Shown here: positions 31,360 to 42,975 of the stretch, one piece after another
How positions within the stretch are numbered: the first letter of the stretch is position 1
Layout: every line of letters begins with the position of its first letter
DNA from: an uncultured Rivularia sp.
GTDB lineage: Bacteria > Cyanobacteriota > Cyanobacteriia > Cyanobacteriales > Nostocaceae
Direction: 5' to 3'
Assembly (NCBI GenBank): GCA_963665115.1
Contig: OY762007.1
Span: forward strand, 8,448,001 to 8,512,000
DNA: 64,000 nucleotides
Notes under the pieces: generated by a model
The model's input: the letters and a program-made list of their open reading frames with translations, nothing else
Database searches by the model: none
Told to the model about the DNA's origin: nothing
Program-made: the position numbers and the translations under genes

Positions 31360-32400
31360 TTATACTTTCGATAGTTTTTTTAATTTGATATTTGATACAG
31401 ACTTAAATTCACCTAAGAAGTACTTTCTTGTTACAGAGAAATTAATCATGACTTTATAGATAATATATGAAATAAATAAACTAGCTATTAATCTGATAAT
31501 ACCTTCATTAAAAAAATTACTTTTTTGTAAGCCTAACTGAATAGGTTGATGTAAATACATAATTGCCATTGAAGCAGTACCAATTTGACGGGTAAGGCTA
31601 TCAGTAAACTTGATTTTATTTATTATTTTTGCCAAATATTGAATAATAATAATACCTGAAATAGCTATAAGTAAATTCATGATTGGTATTTCATAGCTTC
31701 TAATTTTCATGTCAAAAGATATGTCAAACAAAAACCACCTATCTAGTAAAAATTGGATCGAATACAGGATAACAGCAGTAAAGACTAGTTTTTTAGAATT
31801 AAAGATAGCAGGTTTTTTAGATACCATATGTCCAAACCAATAAAATGGAAGTGCCATTAACACGACATTAATATTCCAAGGGAAATTAATATCGCTAAAA
31901 AACCAGCAATCAATCATGGCTAAACAATAAAAATTCACCATAATTATGTTTATCAGCCATCGATCGCTGCCAAACTTAGTATAAATGAAATTATATAGCT
32001 GTTGAGTAAAGAACAAGCAAGTTACAAACCAAAAAATACCAAACGTACCAGTTAATATCTGACCGCCGTACAATTGTTTAAAAATAAATAATGCTAACTG
32101 ATATACCGAATCTGATTGTTGACTTTGCCAAAATTCTTGTATATATGCTGCGACGGTAGGAAGACTAAATAAAATCAGAAATGATATATAAGGAACAATT
32201 AAATTAAAAAACTTCTTTTTGAAAAAAGCCAGGTAATCATATTTTTCTTTATATAGATATCCGCTAATAAAGAAAAAAAGCGGCATATGAAACCAGTAAA
32301 TATACTTTGCAACTTTCAAGTCTGAAAAAATATCACCTGCAACAACTGTTACTATTGCAATACCTTTCCAACAATCAATCCAGTTTATTCTTTGTGACAT
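31360..32400 (-). CDS. Acyltransferase family 3 membrane protein
   Basis: RINWID..KGIAI, FHMPLFFFISGY, IFWFVTCLF, IMYLH. Confidence 0.85.
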   Translation of the reverse strand: MSQRINWIDCWKGIAIVTVVAGDIFSDLKVAKYIYWFHMPLFFFISGYLYKEKYDYLAFFKKKFFNLIVPYISFLILFSLPTVAAYIQEFWQSQQSDSVYQLALFIFKQLYGGQILTGTFGIFWFVTCLFFTQQLYNFIYTKFGSDRWLINIIMVNFYCLAMIDCWFFSDINFPWNINVVLMALPFYWFGHMVSKKPAIFNSKKLVFTAVILYSIQFLLDRWFLFDISFDMKIRSYEIPIMNLLIAISGIIIIQYLAKIINKIKFTDSLTRQIGTASMAIMYLHQPIQLGLQKSNFFNEGIIRLIASLFISYIIYKVMINFSVTRKYFLGEFKSVSNIKLKKLSKV

Positions 32401-32698
32401 TAATAAATATCTCCGCAATTCAAGCAACTACTAGCAATACAAGCGTTTCTAGTCGGTAAGTTTTTGTACGGAGTATCAGTGTATTTTTTCTTTGGCGAAA
32501 AATATATATATTCCTTAACAATTCATTAAAAAAATAAACAGCGAATTTGTAGTGATATTATCTACAAGACATATACCGTAAGAAATAGGCAGATTTTACA
32601 TATATAGGTATATGAAGGATTAATGAATTTGATTCTGAATGAGCATGGGGAGAGAAGGGGAGACAAGGAGATGGGGAGATGGGGAGAAGAATAATTAA

Positions 32699-32771
32699 CC
32701 CTACTTCCTACTTCCTACTTCCTACTTCCTACTTCCTACTTCCTACTTCCTACTCACTACTTCCTACTCCT
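32699..32771. repeat. Heptamer tandem repeat (CCTACTT)n
   Basis: Direct reading; about ten units. Confidence 0.9.
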
Positions 32772-32810
32772 AGCCCTTCAAGGGTACGCAAGGCTGGTAA
32801 ACTAAAACTC

Positions 32811-33695
32811 ATGTTTCCTAAATTTCTTCCTGATGGGGTTGAGCAATTAACGGAACCTGCTTCGATTGCTCTTGCTCAAACTGTAGAGCAAATACCTCTT
32901 GTAACTCCTTTAAGTAAGCAACCGATTGCTACAACTTACGTGCGTCAAGGTAGTGATGGTACGCCATTTCTGCTTCTACATGGGTTTGATAGTTCGGTGT
33001 TGGAATATCGTCGTCTGTTACCTTTGTTGGCAGCGCAAAATGAAACGTGGGCTGTCGATCTATTGGGTTTTGGCTTTACCGATCGATTTGCGGGGATAAA
33101 ATTTAACCCGAATGAGATAAAAACCCATCTTTATTGTTTTTGGAAAAACTTGATTAACCAGCCTGTAATTTTAATAGGTGCTTCGATGGGAGGAGCCGCA
33201 GCGATTGATTTTGCTTTATCTCATCCTGAAGTAGTAGAAAAACTGGTATTAATTGATAGTGCAGGCTTAACGGGTGGCTCTCCAGCAAGTAAATTAATGT
33301 TTCCACCGTTAGATTATTTAGCAACAGAATTTTTAAAAAGTCGTAAAATACGGCAAAGCATTAGTCGCACGGCTTATAAAAATAAACAGCTTGCCACCGA
33401 AGATGCTTTGTTTTGTGGTGCGCTACATCTAGAAATGCCTAATTGGAATAAAGCTTTAATTGCTTTTACAAAAAGCGGTGGTTATCAGCCTTTTAAAGCC
33501 AGTCAACTTGAAGAGATTAAGCAAGATACGCTGATATTGTGGGGAGATAACGACAAAATTCTAGGTACTAAGGATGCCCATAAATTTAAACGGGCAATTC
33601 CTAATAGTACCTTAACCTGGATAAAAGATAGCGGGCACGTTCCTCATTTAGAACAGCCACAAGCTACCGCACAACAGATTTTGGATTTTTGCTAG
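32811..33695 (+). CDS. Alpha/beta hydrolase
   Basis: LLHGFDSS, GASMGG, GHVPH; the longer ORF start lies in repeat DNA. Confidence 0.9.
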   Translation: MFPKFLPDGVEQLTEPASIALAQTVEQIPLVTPLSKQPIATTYVRQGSDGTPFLLLHGFDSSVLEYRRLLPLLAAQNETWAVDLLGFGFTDRFAGIKFNPNEIKTHLYCFWKNLINQPVILIGASMGGAAAIDFALSHPEVVEKLVLIDSAGLTGGSPASKLMFPPLDYLATEFLKSRKIRQSISRTAYKNKQLATEDALFCGALHLEMPNWNKALIAFTKSGGYQPFKASQLEEIKQDTLILWGDNDKILGTKDAHKFKRAIPNSTLTWIKDSGHVPHLEQPQATAQQILDFC

Positions 33696-33720
33696 TTGTT
33701 AACTCCTAACTGTTAACTGA

Positions 33721-34578
33721 TTAATCCAACAGCCACATCGGAGCAGAACTGTCATTGTTTGGTTTTTCGGGAAGAGGGCCAGTAGGACGGGAGTAATGTT
33801 TTCTGTAAGTCAATGCGGAAGAATAATCTTTCTTTGGTTGAGTTATAGCAGATTGATTGGGAACTCTTTGCTTGGCAGCAAGTTGTCTGGAAGCAGGTTG
33901 TATAGCAGGAGGCTCCATCTGGGCAATTTTCTGGGCTGTATTAACTTCTGCTGTAAGTTTGGTATTAGCTTCTGCTAACTGTAGAGCATCTTTCTTAGCT
34001 GCATAAAGTTCTGCGTTTAACTTCTGTGCTAATTCATCTTTCTCTTGTAAAGTTAACTGTAACTCTCCAACTAGCTTCTCTAAGCTTTTTTCGTTTTTAC
34101 GTGCTGCTGTTAATTCTTGTTTAAATTCTTGTGCGGTATCTTGTAAATTTTCTAGCTTTTCTACTAATTCATCTTTCTCTTTTAGAGTTAACTGTAACTC
34201 TCTAACTAGCTTCTCCAAGCTTTTTTCGTTTTTACGTGCTGCTGTTAATTCTTGTTTAAGCTCTTCTACAGTATCCTGTAAATTTCCTAATTTTTTCGCT
34301 TCATCAACTTCTTTCTGCAACTGCTTAAACAGCTTTTCTTGTTCGGCAATTGTAGATTGAAATCCCGACGCTTGCTGCTGTAAAGTTTCTTCGTTTTTTC
34401 GTGTTTTTTCTAAAGTTGCTTGCAATTCCTTGACGGTGGCTTCTAAATCAACAGGAGCGTTTTTAGTTTGTTTATTCATATTTTTTACCTCAGATGCAGG
34501 GACATCAATAGTTGATTCGTCACCTGCTGGTTTTTTTACTTCTTCTTTTAATAAGTCTGAAAGATTTCTTCTAGCCAT
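33721..34578 (-). CDS. mcdB: Coiled-coil partner of ParA-type ATPase, likely carboxysome-positioning McdB
   Basis: TAATG overlap with upstream ATPase; long coiled coil; Trp four residues from the C-terminus (MWLLD). Confidence 0.7.
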   Translation of the reverse strand: MARRNLSDLLKEEVKKPAGDESTIDVPASEVKNMNKQTKNAPVDLEATVKELQATLEKTRKNEETLQQQASGFQSTIAEQEKLFKQLQKEVDEAKKLGNLQDTVEELKQELTAARKNEKSLEKLVRELQLTLKEKDELVEKLENLQDTAQEFKQELTAARKNEKSLEKLVGELQLTLQEKDELAQKLNAELYAAKKDALQLAEANTKLTAEVNTAQKIAQMEPPAIQPASRQLAAKQRVPNQSAITQPKKDYSSALTYRKHYSRPTGPLPEKPNNDSSAPMWLLD

Positions 34579-35210
34579 TATTTCCTCCAATCACGCTGTA
34601 ATTCGTCAGCCACGCGGCGATAGTCAGACTCCGCCTCTCGTGCATTTTTTCCCCGTAATTGAGTAATCGCTACCCCATCTAGCGCTGCTCTTTCGTGGGC
34701 TTTGTAAATACGGACAAACGCATTACAAGCGGGAATTCCCAAACTCAAAAGAGTATTCTGAGCTTCGATTGCTTCTCTCAAACTTCGCGTATCCACTTTT
34801 GTTAACAGCACTCGATGGGGAGTACCCGAAGGAGTGACTGCTTCTTTGACTGTATCAATCAAAGCAGCTAAATCCATTGGCGCTGGGGGTGTTGGCAAAA
34901 CCAAATAATCTGCATTTGTGACTACTGCTGCTAATGCTTGAGAATGCAGCGCTGGAGGCGTATCGACTACTACTAAATCGTAACCTTTTATAGACCGTAA
35001 ACTACTTAATAATTTCGGATTTGTCTCTTGAGATAGATCGAACCCCATCCCAGAATCACTTCTGGAGAACCACCAACTAGCCGAACCTTGTACATCCGCA
35101 TCTACCAAAAGTACCTTTTTTTTCTCGGCAAAAGATGCTGCAAGATTTATTGAGGTAGTGGTTTTACCAACTCCTCCCTTCCCATTTAGGATAGCTATAA
35201 CTTTTGGCAT
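34578..35210 (-). CDS. mcdA: ParA-type ATPase, likely McdA
   Basis: [19 protein letters not shown] (double Trp), VDTPP; no ParB gene adjacent. Confidence 0.75.
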   Translation of the reverse strand: MPKVIAILNGKGGVGKTTTSINLAASFAEKKKVLLVDADVQGSASWWFSRSDSGMGFDLSQETNPKLLSSLRSIKGYDLVVVDTPPALHSQALAAVVTNADYLVLPTPPAPMDLAALIDTVKEAVTPSGTPHRVLLTKVDTRSLREAIEAQNTLLSLGIPACNAFVRIYKAHERAALDGVAITQLRGKNAREAESDYRRVADELQRDWRK

Positions 35211-35450
35211 CTATCCTTTACCCCCAACGCTTATATCAGAAAATATACCGCGTTTTGGGATGAGGGGATAGAGGGAGGGAGAGATATGGAGATGTGGAGA
35301 TGGGGGACAAGGGGACAAGGAGATGGGGGGAATTAAGAATTAGTAAAAAAATCTGGTAACTAATTTTTATTTGGGTTCGTAGTAAGCGATTTATCGCTTC
35401 AAGGACTTAAGTCCTTACTACGAACCTTTCAAAAATTATCAAAAGAAGTA

Positions 35451-36389
35451 CTAATTTCGACTTAAAGCTTGCTCTATGGTAGAAATTTTTACGGCAAAGT
35501 TGATAATATCTTGTCCAGTGTATGTATTTTTTCGTTCGGCGTTATTAATAGCAACAATATAAGGTTCGTTATTAATTACACCGATGATTGCTCCACCGGA
35601 AGAACCGCCTGCCGTGGCACAATCATGTAATAAGGAACCAGTTTCTTCTCCGGTAATGCTGCATCCAGCTTCATAACTTGCAGTCCATCCGGGACCGGCG
35701 GTGAAGTATTTTTTATACTTTTCGGTGGGAAAATCACCTGAATAACCGACAAAAAAGAAAGCTTTTTTATTGCGAGCTAATACCGCAGAAGGTAAAGATT
35801 TCCATCCTAAATAACCGTATTTTTGACCGAGAGGCTGGTTAATTTTCATAATTGCACAGTCATTTGCCATTTTGTTGGGGTCATTTTTGAAATCAGTACC
35901 GTAAATTACTTGCTCTACTTGTGCTTTGTCTTGGTAATTTTTATCAATGACGTTAGGCATAAACTCAATGTTAGTGCTTAAAGCGCCAGTTTCGTCGTCA
36001 ATAACGCAGTGAGCGTTAGTTAAAACCAAATTATCTGCAATCAAAGTTCCCGTACAGTGATAGCTGCTGCCATCATTTACAGTGCCTTTAACTCGGCCGA
36101 CCGCCGACCAAGGATATTTTCGGCTCAACATGGGGATGCGGTTATCTATACCAGTGGGAATTCCTCTATTATCATTGCCTTCGTTAGGTTTTGCTGAACG
36201 TCCTAAACCGGAAGGTATGAAAGGTTTACCATCGCTTGGCAGTTTACTAGCTTGCTCGGCACTGATAAATTCAGGTGTAATAGTTTGCTGTATTTTCGTC
36301 TGTGTTTGTGCTTCTACCGATGTCCAAAAACTAATCGTTGTGGCAGTAAGAAGCCCGGTGATTAAGAACGCTAAAAACTTTTTATTCAT
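35451..36389 (-). CDS. Secreted trypsin-like serine protease (V8-like)
   Basis: CTGTLI..VLTNAHC, GGSSGG. Confidence 0.88.
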   Translation of the reverse strand: MNKKFLAFLITGLLTATTISFWTSVEAQTQTKIQQTITPEFISAEQASKLPSDGKPFIPSGLGRSAKPNEGNDNRGIPTGIDNRIPMLSRKYPWSAVGRVKGTVNDGSSYHCTGTLIADNLVLTNAHCVIDDETGALSTNIEFMPNVIDKNYQDKAQVEQVIYGTDFKNDPNKMANDCAIMKINQPLGQKYGYLGWKSLPSAVLARNKKAFFFVGYSGDFPTEKYKKYFTAGPGWTASYEAGCSITGEETGSLLHDCATAGGSSGGAIIGVINNEPYIVAINNAERKNTYTGQDIINFAVKISTIEQALSRN

Positions 36390-36496
36390 GGTTAGAAATA
36401 CTTCTTAATTGAAGATTGGAAATAATGATGAAATACTGTTAATCGGAATTTGAAGTTGGGATTTCCCATTGTTGGAGACGTAGCACTGCTACGTCT

Positions 36497-38778
36497 CTAC
36501 ATCCATTCTCCTTGTGAAGTGAAAGCAGCCCAGTAGTATGGATTGCGCCATTCTTTTTGCTGCCACATTTGCAGTTGAGCCTGACGCAAAGCAGTTGCGG
36601 GAGATGTCTTTTTCTCTAATATCGCTTGGTAAATTTGAGGTACTAATTTAGATGTTGCTTTGTCGTCAACTTGCCATAGAGATATTACGGCGTGTTCTGC
36701 ACCTGCATACATTAGTCCTCTCGTCAAGCCAATTAATCCTTCACCTGGTACACCTTTACCTAAGCCTGTTTCGCAAGCGCTGAGAACTACTAAATCTGCA
36801 CCCCAATCTAAGTTAAAAATATCACCCAGCAGCAGATTTACTCTCTCGTAAGGTTTATGCTGTTTATCTACTGCGGAGAGTAAAATTCCCGATAATTCGG
36901 GATTATCTGGATTTGCGAAACCGTGGGTTGCTAAATGTATGAATCGATATTGTTTTAGCTGTTTGTCAGTTACCCAGTTGTAATTGGCATCGAAATCAAA
37001 AGCTTGTAAATTTTCGGAAGATGGTACAAGTTTTGAAACTTTTTCTAAAATTTGTTCGGCTTCGGTGCGCGTACCTTATCGAGTTGTTGTTGGATTTGGG
37101 TTAAGTTTAGCGGTTCGGGATATTTGAGCGCTGCGTATTTAGGATTGCTAGTGCGAATTTTTGTTTTTAGCTGTTCGTGTTGGTTAATCACGTTTTCAAT
37201 TTCTTCTTGCAGTTCTTTTTTTAATTTTTCTGCTTGTGGCTTACTATCTAACTCAATATACCGTTTTTGTTTAGCACCTATTTCTTGTAAAAAACGCTTT
37301 TCTCGTGCTAAAAGTTCAGGGCTTATACCTTTGCGAATATCGACGTTAGCTTCAGTTAATAATTCTAAAAGTCCCCTAGCGCGATATTTTTCGCTAGCAT
37401 TGAGTGCTTGAGCATCGTATCCTTTTGATTGGTTTTGCTTGTGCAGTTGCATCAAAATATCGATGTGGACTTTATAGGTATCTTGCTTTGTAGCAAAGTA
37501 TAAAGTACGTAACTCGTTGCTATCAACTTTAGTTCGTAAGTCTTCAATAATATCTATTGCTGCTTTGCTGTTAGTGAGTGCGGCTTGGAAATCACCGTTT
37601 TGTTTGTGTAAAAAAGCAATATTAATAAGAGTACTTGCTTGTCCAGTTTTATCTCGAACTTCGCGCATTATAGGCAATGCTTGGTTGTATTCTTTGAGTG
37701 CTTGCTGTTTATCTCCTAATAAATAGTAGACAGCACCAATATTATTAAGAGTTGCTGCTTGTCCACTTTTATCCCCAACTTCGCGGCTTAAAGGTAATGC
37801 TTGGTTGTAGAATTTGAGTGCTTGCTGTTTATCTCCTACATTAAAGTAGACAAGACCAATATTATTGAGAGTCACTGCTTGTCCAGCTTTATCCCCAACT
37901 TCGCGCACTAGAGGTAATGCTTGGTTGTAGAATTTGAGTGCTTGCTGTTTATCTCCTACATTAAAGTAGACAAGACCAATATTATTGAGAGTCACTGCTT
38001 GTCCAGCTTTATCCCCAACTTCGCGCACTAGAGGTAATGCTTGGTTGTAGAATTTGAGCGCTTGTTGTTTATCTCCTAATGAATCGTAGACAAGGCCAAT
38101 ATTATTAAAAGTTGTTGCTTGTCCATTTTTGTCACCAACTTCGCGCTTTAGATTTAATGATTGGTTGTAGAATTTGAGTGCTTGCTGTTTATCTCCTAAT
38201 GAATTGTAGACATCACCAATATTATTGAGAATTGTTGCTTCTCCACTTTTATCTTCAACTTCGCGCATTAAAGGTAATGCACGGTTGTAGAATTTAAGCG
38301 CTTGTTGCTTATCTCCTAAATCCGAGTAGACAGCAGCAATATTATTGAGAGTTGTTGCTTCTCCGCTTTTATCCTCAACTTCGCGCCTTAAAGGTAATGC
38401 ACGGTTGTAGAATTTGAGTGCTTGCTGTTTATCTCCTAAATCCGATTTGATACGACCAATACCAAGCAAAATATTAGCTTGCCATTTTTTATCTCCTACC
38501 TTCTGCCACAATTCCAGTGCTGATTCATATTTACCAAGAGCCAACTTTAATGATTCTGCCGTTCCTTGCTCAAATAATTGCAGTCCTTCTTGGGTAAGCT
38601 TTAGAGCTTGTTTACGAATTGCTTGATTAGAATTAGCTTGCTCCTGCGCTACCTCAACCCCCGCACTTTCCGTTACCGCACCTACCGACTCACCAACCAA
38701 AACAATACCAAGCAATGCAATTAATCCAGAACTTACTAAACGATGTACCGAATTATTATTCTTATAAAACTTGCTCAT
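36497..38778 (-). pseudogene. TPR-CHAT domain protein with internal deletion/frameshift near 37072
   Basis: 40-aa TPR units; QQQLDK jumps to GTRTEAEQ in another frame, then IHLATHG, LVVLSACETG, SLWQVDD, PYYWAAF. Confidence 0.85.
37620..38460 (-). repeat. 120-bp tandem TPR-coding units with a perfect duplication at 37792-38058
   Basis: Lines 37801/37921 and 37861/37981 are identical. Confidence 0.9.
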
Positions 38779-39217
38779 AATCTATACAAGTGGAAATTGA
38801 GGACACCTAAAGTTCACGAATGCTTAAAAAACAAAATTCTCGCTCGTAAACTATGCACAGTTCAAGCCTTGTCAGATATAAGTATCAGCCTTTCTAAGAA
38901 TTTTTACGCAATCAAAGAATTTATTTAATATTCCTTTAAAGAAAATATATTATTTGAAATGTCATTTAGCACTATTTGTACTGAAAGCTGAATTAATATT
39001 TTGTTTGATGCAACGTTTAGAAGACGTAGCACTGCGCCCCGTCTCTACATTATTTTGCTCCCTTCTCCTTAACAAGGAGAGGGGTGCCCGGAGGGCGGGG
39101 TGAGGTTTCGCCGAGTGTATTCTGCTCAACTGAAATTCGCTATATTTTGTCGGCAACTCAAAACCTCACCCCCAGCCCCTCTCCTTATTAAGGAGAGGGG
39201 TGCCCATGATTTCACCA

Positions 39218-39787
39218 TTACCACCCAAAAGGCGAAAACAAAGAACGGTTATTCCGATGGAAATGCAGCCTTCCATATCCTAAAAATTGTCCGTGGGATT
39301 CTTCACCTTTCGGAAAAGCCGTAACTCCAAATAGATAAACACCTGCAACTGAAGGATTTCGTCTCGGCTTCAAAGCAATGGTAATTGTTTTACCGGGTTC
39401 AACTGGTGGATTAAATGTTACCGATATTGTTTTTGATTTACGTTTTTCGGTAATTTGCAGCGGTAATTTTTCTTTTTCACCGTTGCTTTTCAATATCGCA
39501 AAACTATCTTTCAAATCAAAGTTTATATAATCAAATCCCGAATGCTGGTTAATCGTTATCGTTTGCAGAGGCTCTCCCGCATCTGATGGTACTTTAACTG
39601 TAAAGTAATATGTCGCACCCCATATATTTACATCATCAAAAGTTGTTGTTGTTTTTAACAAACGAGGCACTTGCACAAAATATACTTTCCCATCCCGCAA
39701 CTGTACTGCTTGACTTAAGCCAAATGTCGAAATTTCAATACCGATGATGCAAGTTATTAACGTACTTAATGCAATGGTGAAGCGCAT
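39218..39787 (-). CDS. DUF2808 domain protein
   Basis: ATYYFTV..GEPL, FNPPVEPG, RNPSVAGVYLFGVTAFPKGE, FLGYGRLHF. Confidence 0.85.
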   Translation of the reverse strand: MRFTIALSTLITCIIGIEISTFGLSQAVQLRDGKVYFVQVPRLLKTTTTFDDVNIWGATYYFTVKVPSDAGEPLQTITINQHSGFDYINFDLKDSFAILKSNGEKEKLPLQITEKRKSKTISVTFNPPVEPGKTITIALKPRRNPSVAGVYLFGVTAFPKGEESHGQFLGYGRLHFHRNNRSLFSPFGW

Positions 39788-40063
39788 GGTTAAAAGTAGG
39801 AGTTAGGAATTAGGAGTTAAGAATTAGAAGTTAGGATTTAATATTTATTAGTCCACGCAGGTGGACTTTGCTTGTGTAGCTGCGACTTATAGTCGCCAGA
39901 TAAAGTACATAAAATCAAATTATTAAGAAATGTGATGAAAAAGGTACGGTAAACACTATATTTCGCGAACAAATACGACTGTTTTGTAACAGATAGTTGA
40001 GATTAGTGGTCAAAACAACTTTCTATGTTTCACACTAAGAATATAGCGAGCAATTATTTTTTT

Positions 40064-40579
40064 ATGAATACCATTTCCACTTCTTCCAGCGTAGAATTTA
40101 AGCGTCCAGTTTGGCTAAATGTTGTTCTTTTAACTTTGGGTTTCTGGCTTAGTGCCAGTGTCATTTTAGATTGGGTAATTATGCCTAGTCTTTACGTTTC
40201 TGGAATGATGACTCAATCAAGTTTTGCATCTGCTGGCTATACAATTTTCTGGAATTTCAACCGCGTTGAATTATTATGTGCGGGATTGGTATTAACTGGG
40301 GTTTTGGCTTCTAGTCAAATTAATTTAAACTGGCAAAAAAAGATTATTTTCGGTGCAAATTTATTAGTTGCGATTACTTTAGTTGATACTTATCTTTTAA
40401 CTCCACAAATGTCTGCTATTGGATTGCAATTAAACTGGTTTGAAGCAATCACTGAAGCTCCCGCGCATATGAATTTATTGCATGGCGGATACTGGGTTCT
40501 TGAAATAGCTAAATTAGTAGTGGGCGGTACTCTTTTCGCTTGGTGTTGGAAGCAGTTGACAGTTACCAGTGAACAGTAA
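40064..40579 (+). CDS. Membrane protein (DUF4149-like)
   Basis: Four TM segments; FNRVELL, LTPQM, LHGGYW; start uncertain. Confidence 0.7.
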   Translation: MNTISTSSSVEFKRPVWLNVVLLTLGFWLSASVILDWVIMPSLYVSGMMTQSSFASAGYTIFWNFNRVELLCAGLVLTGVLASSQINLNWQKKIIFGANLLVAITLVDTYLLTPQMSAIGLQLNWFEAITEAPAHMNLLHGGYWVLEIAKLVVGGTLFAWCWKQLTVTSEQ

Positions 40580-40788
40580 GCAGTTAACAGTTAGGAGTTA
40601 AGAATTATTTACACTTCTAACTTGATTTCATATCTTAAATTAAATATTGATAATTATTTACTCAGCTTGATTTATCGGGCTGAGTGTTGTTTTTTTATGG
40701 TAGGAGGGGAGAGAGGAAAGAGTGGGAAGAGGGGGGTAGAAAAAATAATTCCTCACTCCTAACAACTAACAACTAACAACTAACCACA

Positions 40789-41067
40789 ATGAAAGAGCAA
40801 CAACATCCGCAATACAATCGCGATCGCCCTTTACTTGAAAATTTATTGGTGGGAGAAGCGAATGATAATAATTTGGCTGAATTAGCGAGGTTACGGATTC
40901 GCTATCATAATTTTCCAGGTGCTTTCGATATTCAAAGCGGTTTGGATGAGGTTTTGCAAAAGTGGGGAATTACAGAAGCAGAACTTTTTGAGAAAACCAG
41001 AGCAATTCATGCTGTCGGTGGAATTTACCGCACCAAGGGAAAGAAAGAAGAACAAGATTGGAATTAA
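40789..41067 (+). CDS. DUF3288 family protein
   Basis: QQHPQY..DR, LAELARLRIRY..FPGA. Confidence 0.85.
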   Translation: MKEQQHPQYNRDRPLLENLLVGEANDNNLAELARLRIRYHNFPGAFDIQSGLDEVLQKWGITEAELFEKTRAIHAVGGIYRTKGKKEEQDWN

Positions 41068-41278
41068 TCAATTATCAATTATTAATTATCAATTATCAAT
41101 TGGGCATTGGGCATGGGGTTTTAGATTTTAACAACGGATGGATTTGTTTTAGATTTAGGATTGCTTAGAAGCAAGGAGTGGGAGCGTCTTGCTCGCTATC
41201 TATAACAAGCAAGCGAGCGAGACGCTCGCACTACTATTTCCCCATCTCCCTATCTCCCTATCTCCCCCTCTCCCTTTC

Positions 41279-42725
41279 TCACTCTCTAGTCTTCTGATAT
41301 TCCCGAAGTTGCTTCAAAAGTTCTTCTTGGGATGAGGAATTTTGCTGTAGGTTTTTAGTTTGTTTGATTCTTGCTTGGTTTTTTAAAGTCTGAGATGAGG
41401 ATTTGAATCTAAAAGGTTGTTTTCTAATTGGTTTTGATCTTGAAATTTGTGGTTTGTCTATGCTGGCTTTTACTGAGTCGAGGGTGGCGGCAAATTTTAC
41501 TTGCTGTTCGACTTGTTCGGTGGAGGATACTAAGCCACTTAAACCATTTACGAGTTGTTCGAGATTTTGCCGGAATTCTGGATTTCCAGTTAATTCGTCT
41601 AAATCGGATGTGATTTTCTGGGTGTTTCTCGAAGGTGACTCTGGCGGAATCTAATGTTTGTTGCAGTACTAAAAGGTTGTTTGGATCGTTGAGCGTTTTG
41701 GTAATATCGCGTAAATTAGTTGATGCTTCTGCTGCATTGGCTGAAAGTGTTTCCAGGTTTTCGAGCAATTGTCCTTTGGTAAATCTATTAATACTTGGGG
41801 ATAAACCGTTAAGGGTTGTTCTTAATTGAGAACTTGTTGCTGTGATGTCGTTTAATGCGGTAACAAGCGAAGAACGATTTGTCGTTACTAAGTTATCGAT
41901 ATTATTCAGGAGTTTGTTTGCGTTATTGGCAGTGGAACCAATTTGATCGGCTGTACCCCTAAATTGTCTTGCTGTAGTGCTAAACTCTCTTGCCGTGGCG
42001 TTTAATTGATTAGCAGTATTACCAAACTGATTTATAGTTCTATCAGTGGATGTACTGACTCTATTTGCAGCAGTTGCGACTTGATTGGCGGCCGAAGCGA
42101 AAGTTTTTAATTCTTGTTGTGTGGTTTTTGTCAAGCTGGAGACATCGCGAGTCAGTTGAGCGACTTGTGCTGCTGCTAGTGATGTATTTTTTAAAGCTTG
42201 ATTGACGTTTTCGTATACATCCGGACGGCTGTAAACTTCCGACAGACGGCTGCTGTAGCGAATCAGTTCGTCAACGCTGATACCGATTTCGCCTTTGAGA
42301 CGGGAACCATCGCAGACAATGATAGTTGGATCGCAACCTTTATCTTGAGGCCCTGCATCGACATTGCTTCGAGATACAATTCTTTCTGGTGTAATCTCAA
42401 TAATGCTTTCGCTGATTAATCCAGATTGATTCGCTTCAATTTTGACATCACGGGGGATTATTAAGTCGGGTTTATTAATATCAAGTTCTACTTCTACACC
42501 ATTTACACCTGCTTTAATCTCAGCTATATTACCTACTTTCACACCGCGATATTGAACAACAGCACCTTTTTGCATTCCACCAGCGTCCTTAAAGTCTACG
42601 ATAAAGCTATAAGTACGACCAGCGGCGCTTATTCTGTTGAGCCAGAGGAAAATTATTCCAAAGACTCCCAAGCCCAATAATATTAATAATCCAACAGAAC
42701 CTTCTCTTAATAATCGCGATCGCAT
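41279..42725 (-). CDS. MlaD/MCE family protein (frameshift near 41625, possibly a second near the end)
   Basis: REGSVGL, AVVQYRGVKVG, NQSGLI; TQKITSDLDELTG continues in the shifted frame. Confidence 0.85.
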
Positions 42726-42975
42726 TTTTCACCTCCCTTTAAAATTACGTTTCAAATTTGTAAATAAGTATTTATACATTCTTTGAACTTTTATGATTTA
42801 CATCTAAATAAGAGTTAAGCGCTGAAATGGCTACTATTACGTTGTCAACTTCAAAATTTAGATTTTATAGGTTTTCAAAATCCTTGTAAAATAAGGTGCA
42901 TTTGTAATTCACATTAGACGCGATCTATAAATTTGTAATTGATCGTAATCGTGAATATAGCGTTTGTGTTTGTTT

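Noticed and set aside
37620..38460. Regularly spaced repeats as a CRISPR array or DGR template/variable pair
   Set aside because: Units are 120-bp in-frame TPR codons with no unique spacers, and there is no cas or reverse transcriptase gene in the window.
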